Origin: a virus
Taxonomy: Duplodnaviria > Caudoviricetes
IMG/VR virus record: IMGVR_UViG_3300030389_002546
Span: 1-29,011 of that record
Reading direction: 5' to 3' (one strand)
DNA length: 29,011 bases
Both the position numbers and the translations under genes were made by a program. Positions 25,445 to 29,011 of the stretch are shown piece after piece (position 1 is the first letter of the stretch; each line of letters opens with the position of its first letter). The notes under the pieces are model-generated. The model was given only the letters and a program-made list of their open reading frames with translations, searched no databases and was not told the origin of the DNA.

Positions 25445-25933
25445 ATGAATATATTTTATTTACACAAAAATCCTATCATTGCACCATCATTCTTATACAA
25501 CAAACACGTGGTCAAAATGATATTAGAAACTGCACAGATGCTTTGTACTGCACATCATCATTACGCAGATAAACACAATTATGACAAATCATATATACCT
25601 TACAAACCTGCTTATATTAATCATCCTAGTACAAAATGGGCTAGGCATAATGCAAAAACTTACAAGTGGTTATATGATTATTTCGTATCTATCAATATAG
25701 AGTACTACTCTAGATATGGCAAAATACATACAACTTATAAAAAATGCAGGAAAGCACTTGCAGATATTCCTGTTGGTATTCCTAGTGGAAAATTTATACA
25801 ACCACCACAATGTATGCCAGATGAGTACAAAACAGACTGCAGTTTAGATGCTTATTGGAACTATTATATTGGTGCCAAACAGCATATTGCTAACAAAAAC
25901 GAAAATATTATCACAGAGGCATTAGTAAATTAA
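25445..25933 (+). CDS. Pyrimidine dimer DNA glycosylase / endonuclease V-like protein
   Basis: MNIFYL...KHVVKMILETAQMLCTAH, YKPAYINHPSTKWAR, EYYSRYGKIH and PPQCMPDEY...AYWNYY; has its own promoter. Confidence 0.75.
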   Translation: MNIFYLHKNPIIAPSFLYNKHVVKMILETAQMLCTAHHHYADKHNYDKSYIPYKPAYINHPSTKWARHNAKTYKWLYDYFVSINIEYYSRYGKIHTTYKKCRKALADIPVGIPSGKFIQPPQCMPDEYKTDCSLDAYWNYYIGAKQHIANKNENIITEALVN

Positions 25934-26627
25934 TTGGTATTTGACCATTGTTAAGTATAACGCCAACACCTATAGCAGGTTTTTTACCATACTTAGCATA
26001 AGCCATTGCATAACTATCGTGGTCTATACCACATCCAACTTGCATACCAAAAACTCTAAATCTTTTGCCTACATAGTGTTCACAATACGCTTGTGTATGT
26101 AGATGACCTTGTACTGTATTCATCATATCTGCACGACATTTAGTACGAGCAGTTCCACCCTCGCCATGTATATACTGTACACCATCTAGTTCTAGGCGTT
26201 CCACGAAGTTCCATTTAGGCACCTCGAGAACCTCTTTATATGTTCTTATCCACTTGCTAGGTATAGAACTTGTTTGTGCCTTACGCATACACATTCTATC
26301 ATGATTGCCAAGTATAACTGTAGCATTTGGAAATGCTTTGTACCAACGACTTATCCTAGATATTGCTAACTCTAACTCATCTGCACCACCTAAACCATCT
26401 GCATCTGTTTCATGATAACTACTATAGTGGTTGTCTATAATATCTCCTATAAATATAACATCTGTAATAAAAAACCTTTCTTTTTGCTCAATACAAAAGT
26501 CTAAGTATTTATCTAAACAGAATGGTTCATGCAAATCACCGATACATAGAACATTTCTGCTATTAGAACGTACATATTTTAGGGCTTTAATTTCCTGTTT
26601 TTTTAAACGATATCTATTGGATAGCAC
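25911..26627 (-). CDS. Calcineurin-like metallophosphoesterase
   Basis: GDLH, GDIID, GNHD, HG and GHLH motifs. Confidence 0.9.
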   Translation of the reverse strand: MLSNRYRLKKQEIKALKYVRSNSRNVLCIGDLHEPFCLDKYLDFCIEQKERFFITDVIFIGDIIDNHYSSYHETDADGLGGADELELAISRISRWYKAFPNATVILGNHDRMCMRKAQTSSIPSKWIRTYKEVLEVPKWNFVERLELDGVQYIHGEGGTARTKCRADMMNTVQGHLHTQAYCEHYVGKRFRVFGMQVGCGIDHDSYAMAYAKYGKKPAIGVGVILNNGQIPINLLMPL

Positions 26628-26805
26628 CTTTGCCTAAATCTGCTACACCCTGTGCGCCTGTCAAAGTAACTAAAGCCCAAAATATCTCGCTTACTGCATC
26701 TTCAGAAACTCCTAACGCTCTTGCGACTGCAGGAATTACTATTGCCGCTATGGTAAACCAAACTTTTTTAGATTTTAGTATTGTTAAAATTAAATATTCT
26801 TTCAT
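26614..26805 (-). CDS. Putative holin
   Basis: 63 aa, KSKKVW followed by two hydrophobic segments and GAQGVAD; adjacent to the endolysin. Confidence 0.6.
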   Translation of the reverse strand: MKEYLILTILKSKKVWFTIAAIVIPAVARALGVSEDAVSEIFWALVTLTGAQGVADLGKGAIQ

Positions 26806-26820
26806 TTTTATTTATTTTAG

Positions 26821-27186
26821 TTAATAATCGTATGTCCATATTACTCCTAAATCTTTGTCAAAGTCTAAATCACAATGAATAAAATTTCTTCCTAATCCTA
26901 TCCTAGTAAATCCTACTTCTAACAAAGCGCTCATAATAAGAAATCTTTCTCTATTGTTTGTATAAAATATATCTGCCGCTAAACCTTTTAGATGAGAACT
27001 ACCAACTCTGCCACCAACTTTTTTGTTCCATTCTTCTGTTCTATATCCACTTGTTATACGAAATGGTATATTTGCTATTCCTCTAGCTTTATCTAACAAC
27101 TGTATAAAAGTTCCATCCATATCCTTTCCACTTTCTGGTTTATCTGGACTATCAAACTCAGAAAATTTAAAATATTTGAGATACAT
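26821..27186 (-). CDS. Endolysin, peptidase M15A family
   Basis: ITSGYR, SSHLKGLAADI and FIHCD zinc-binding motifs. Confidence 0.85.
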   Translation of the reverse strand: MYLKYFKFSEFDSPDKPESGKDMDGTFIQLLDKARGIANIPFRITSGYRTEEWNKKVGGRVGSSHLKGLAADIFYTNNRERFLIMSALLEVGFTRIGLGRNFIHCDLDFDKDLGVIWTYDY

Positions 27187-27335
27187 TAATTATATTTTAA
27201 GAATTTATATATTGTGAATGTTATAGCTAAGACAAGAGATACGAATGTAAGTATCTCATTGACTTGTGCCATACTTAATCCTATTGCACTAACGTTTGCT
27301 AATCCTACTTGTACTGTGTCTTTTATCTCGTTCAT
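27186..27335 (-). CDS. Small membrane protein (49 aa), holin/antiholin candidate
   Basis: Hand-translated MNEIKDTVQVGLANVSAIGLSMAQVNEILTFVSLVLAITFTIYKFLKYN; TAATG-coupled to the endolysin. Confidence 0.6.
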   Translation of the reverse strand: MNEIKDTVQVGLANVSAIGLSMAQVNEILTFVSLVLAITFTIYKFLKYN

Positions 27336-27399
27336 TTTTTAAATAGCATTTAAGTGCCTTTTCATTTTTTGGTTTTGGTTTATATCCTATTTTCCTCAT
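27289..27399 (-). CDS. Small basic peptide (36 aa, MRKIGYKPKPKNEKALKCYL...)
   Basis: ATGA overlap with the adaptor stop; bridges to the lysis genes. Confidence 0.4.
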   Translation of the reverse strand: MRKIGYKPKPKNEKALKCYLKNERDKRHSTSRISKR

Positions 27400-27962
27400 C
27401 TACTTATATCTGCAGTTAGGAAATCATCTAATGTTATTTTACCTGGTCGTTCATCCATTTTTTCTAAATTTATTCCACTATAGAATGCAGTTTTATCAGG
27501 TTGTACATCTGCGCCACTAGAGGTAGAATATTCAGGAAATAAATTATTGTTATGTCTTAGATAGTCAATTAGTCTTTCTGTATAAAACTCTGCTGTGTTT
27601 CTAACTTCTTCTCTTAAGTCAAGAGCCTCATCTCTAGATAATGGTGTACTGTTTTCTGCGTTCTTTTGGACTATGTTGTTGTTCATTATCTTATATCTAA
27701 GAAATGGAATGCACTCAAAGAAACTCCAATGCACCAATGTGTCTTGTATATAATCCTCTACAAGTGTTTGGTAATTACCTGTTAATGATGAGCCAGATAT
27801 GTCGCTTTGTAATTTCTCAAATAGGTCAGTTCCTAAAACGCGTTCAATATGTTTTTTCTGTGCTACTTTAAGATATGGTAATAAAAACTCTACATCCACG
27901 TTTCCTGTGATTGCAGTAGAATCTTTTAGCTTATTTTCTGATATGAATAAAACGTAACTCAT
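27396..27962 (-). CDS. Putative head-tail adaptor (DUF6712-like)
   Basis: Follows the portal; LFISE...AQKKHIERVLGTDLFEKL...FYTERLIDYL...FPEY. Confidence 0.6.
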   Translation of the reverse strand: MSYVLFISENKLKDSTAITGNVDVEFLLPYLKVAQKKHIERVLGTDLFEKLQSDISGSSLTGNYQTLVEDYIQDTLVHWSFFECIPFLRYKIMNNNIVQKNAENSTPLSRDEALDLREEVRNTAEFYTERLIDYLRHNNNLFPEYSTSSGADVQPDKTAFYSGINLEKMDERPGKITLDDFLTADISR

Positions 27963-27967
27963 CTTGC

Positions 27968-29011
27968 TTATCTTTTATTTACAAATCCTTGGTTTGGCAT
28001 ATCTATTGGTGCAACAGATACTTCTTGTGCATTTCTAGGTAATTTAACTCCTCTACTTTTTGCTTCTGTTGATGTAATAACTTCATCACTATTTTTTGGT
28101 CTATTTCCTTTTTGTACAAGTATAATCCTAAACCATTTATGATAGCAATTGGCTCCTCCTTTGTATTTCCAAATTGAATATTTGTCAGAGCCACCTCTTC
28201 CCCATCCCGGATTTACTGCTCTTTTTCCCATTTCTAGAATATCTTCTTTTCTATATATTTTATTAGCTGCTAACATTTTTCTACAAAACTCTCTTTCACC
28301 AGATTTTTTACCTGCATATCTATATCTTACTCTATAAATGTGGTCTTTATATTTCTCTTGGTTTGTAGTTTGGTCTTGTCCACTTTTTCTATTTGGATAT
28401 GCGCTACCTGTACTTGCTAATTGGATATGGTTTGCGTTAAGTTCGTTCTCAAAATCAAAATCTTCCATTTCGTCGCCTGTATCCTCTTCATTTATAATTT
28501 CCCACGAATCATCCATTTCTTCTCCAAACTCTGCTAAGAACGCTTCTAATTCTGTTTTATGCGTACAGGAGTCATCACATTCTTCTAAGCTCTTTTCACA
28601 ATTACAATCTTTGCTTAAATTAGTAATTTGGTCATGGTTAGCACATGGCATATATACAGTCTTACCATTATATTCGTGTTCATGGTATCCACTACAACCT
28701 AACTCTTCTGCTTTAGCAATAGCTTCTTCTTTACTATCATACACAGGCATTCCATCTATGTTTGCTACTTTTTCTAATTCTTCTTCTGCTACAACCTCGT
28801 TGTCTTGTAATGGTGCAAGTCCAATCATTTCTCTTATTTCATCTTGTGTCATTACTTCTTTCATATCATCTACACCAAAGACACTTGCTATTGGTTGTAC
28901 TTGTTTTATAGATATAGGTAGATTAATATTATTGACTGTTAGTATTTTTGTAATTATTTTAAGTATATGTTCTTGGTATGGTTTTACTACAGTAGATTGG
29001 TATATCTCAAA
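27968..29011 (-). CDS. Portal protein, C-terminal part with Cys/His modules and a MuF-like domain
   Basis: Frame is open from 29011 (FEIYQSTVVKPYQEHIL...VMTQDEIREMIGLAPL), completing the portal core, then continues for ~280 extra residues. Confidence 0.8.
   Translation of the reverse strand, partial: FEIYQSTVVKPYQEHILKIITKILTVNNINLPISIKQVQPIASVFGVDDMKEVMTQDEIREMIGLAPLQDNEVVAEEELEKVANIDGMPVYDSKEEAIAKAEELGCSGYHEHEYNGKTVYMPCANHDQITNLSKDCNCEKSLEECDDSCTHKTELEAFLAEFGEEMDDSWEIINEEDTGDEMEDFDFENELNANHIQLASTGSAYPNRKSGQDQTTNQEKYKDHIYRVRYRYAGKKSGEREFCRKMLAANKIYRKEDILEMGKRAVNPGWGRGGSDKYSIWKYKGGANCYHKWFRIILVQKGNRPKNSDEVITSTEAKSRGVKLPRNAQEVSVAPIDMPNQGFVNKR

Noticed and set aside
28003-28337. Alternative-frame and antisense ORFs within the portal C-terminus
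   Set aside because: Nested and unsupported.
1-29011. CRISPR array, DGR/reverse transcriptase, integrase, tRNA, stop-codon reassignment
   Set aside because: No spaced repeats, RT or recombinase motifs were seen, and standard-code ORFs tile the genome densely.

Overview
This window is an almost complete, circularly permuted, AT-rich ~29 kb genome of a tailed dsDNA phage (Caudoviricetes, siphovirus-like). The host is very probably a marine Bacteroidota (Flavobacteriia), judged from TAnnTTTG promoters, A-rich non-Shine-Dalgarno leaders and the structural protein families. The portal gene runs off position 1 and resumes at 29011, with 1 (mod 3) nt missing at the join. All credible genes but one are on the minus strand. 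Their order is: small early ORFs, then replication/recombination (DnaA-C-like HTH, initiator, NinG), an ECF-like sigma factor, ParB-like protein plus GT-B glycosyltransferase, terminase, a frameshifted tail chaperone, tail and tape-measure genes, protease/scaffold/capsid, tail tube, LamG protein, an extended portal, head-tail adaptor, lysis genes and a metallophosphoesterase. The one plus-strand gene is a pyrimidine-dimer-glycosylase-like protein. I recognised no integrase, polymerase, helicase, tRNA or CRISPR array. The most interesting signal is a candidate ~85-nt plus-strand sRNA after terL, with its own host-type promoter and hairpin. Its 5' part is complementary to the whole 5' leader and start codon of the glycosylase gene 10 kb away, and partly to early-gene leaders. 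Also notable are a candidate late-promoter motif for the phage sigma factor, a ParB-glycosyltransferase-terminase cassette and a multi-domain portal fusion. Protein-family calls come from motif recognition, not database searches.
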